Assembly (NCBI GenBank): GCA_903828655.1
Contig: CAIKMX010000037.1
Coordinates: 17,173 to 81,172, forward strand
Reading direction: 5' to 3'
From: an uncultured archaeon
GTDB lineage: Archaea > Nanobdellota > Nanobdellia > Pacearchaeales > GW2011-AR1
Length of the DNA: 64,000 nucleotides
The position numbers and the translations under genes are program-made. The notes below the pieces were generated by a model, which saw only the letters and a list, made by a program, of their open reading frames with translations, was not told the DNA's origin and ran no database searches. Position 1 is the first letter of the stretch. Each line of letters starts with the position of its first letter. Positions 63,694-64,000 of this stretch are shown piece by piece.

Positions 63694-63999
63694 ATGAGAA
63701 AAGGAGGTTTATTGGGGTCGCTTATTTTGATAGTTGTTGTTCTGGCGATATTTGGAATTGTTTATTCTGTTTATGGAAATAGTTTATTTGGTTTTATGAC
63801 CGGAAATGTTGTTGCTAATGGGGGGGTTGTAAATATTGCTGAGGAATGTTTTGTTCTTCAGTCAGAGGATAGCGATGGAAAAATCATCGGGCCAATTTAT
63901 GTTGTGGCCTATACTGGGAGCAGTGAGTATGTAGAGCTGAACAAACTGTTGCCTGTCGGGGCGATTAAAACTGGGGATGTTATTTCTGGTTATAGAAGT
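63694..63999 (+). CDS. N-terminal fragment of a third member of the membrane-anchored paralog family (runs off the window)
   Basis: Has MRKGGLLGSLILIVVVLAIFGIVYSVYGNSLFGFMTGNVVANGG...EECFVLQSED...IYVVAYTGSSEYVELNKLLPVGAIKTGDVISGYRS, the same architecture as the 53280 and 61691 N-termini. Confidence 0.55.
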   Translation, partial: MRKGGLLGSLILIVVVLAIFGIVYSVYGNSLFGFMTGNVVANGGVVNIAEECFVLQSEDSDGKIIGPIYVVAYTGSSEYVELNKLLPVGAIKTGDVISGYRS

Positions 64000-64000
64000 G

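Noticed and set aside
1-64000. CRISPR array, rRNA genes, transposase or integrase genes
   Set aside because: No run of regularly spaced identical direct repeats was found. No 16S/23S-like GC-rich conserved blocks were found. No ORF has a recognisable DDE, HUH, tyrosine or serine recombinase motif. The repeats that are present (R1, R2) are irregularly dispersed and not array-like.

Overview
This is a 64 kb AT-rich window that carries standard code, dense coding on both strands and TATA-like (TTTAAATA / TTTATAAA) motifs upstream of starts. Its signature genes point to an archaeon: an archaea-specific GatD next to a GatB/GatE-family subunit, archaeal/eukaryal-type ProRS, TyrRS and TrpRS, a eukaryote-like deoxyhypusine synthase, a SpeH-type AdoMet decarboxylase and a Cas4-like nuclease. 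The many giant secreted proteins and dockerin-like repeats suggest a small-genome episymbiont-like (DPANN-style) archaeon, but that is an inference, not a lookup. The housekeeping genes include proS, tyrS, trpS, gatD, an iscS-iscU Fe-S cluster, trxB, ferredoxin, pfk, speH, dhs and one tRNA-Arg(UCG). They are interleaved with accessory content, and eight things stand out. (1) At 41.3-64 kb there are two giant Cys-rich surface proteins (2826 and 2046 aa) with near-identical leaders and a shared 28-aa Cys motif. Each sits next to members of a membrane-anchored paralog family, and one paralog has a HEYGH zincin motif. (2) Five secreted proteins carry tandem dockerin-like Ca-binding repeats, with evidence of gene conversion between copies. 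(3) A tight four-gene operon runs RHH regulator, ADP-ribosylglycohydrolase and two unknowns, and may be an ADP-ribosylation toxin/immunity module. (4) A diadenylate cyclase gene overlaps the start of a DHH-DHHA1 phosphoesterase gene, forming a c-di-AMP make/break pair. (5) A deoxyhypusine synthase carries a roughly 215-aa N-terminal extension. (6) Two families of dispersed intergenic repeats occur, R1 modular with at least 8 loci and R2 with 3 loci running up to start codons. (7) A surface protein carries a degenerate class-III cyclase-like cytoplasmic domain and a His-rich tail. (8) A bacterial-like HPr sits next to PFK. No CRISPR array, rRNA, or obvious transposase/integrase was found.
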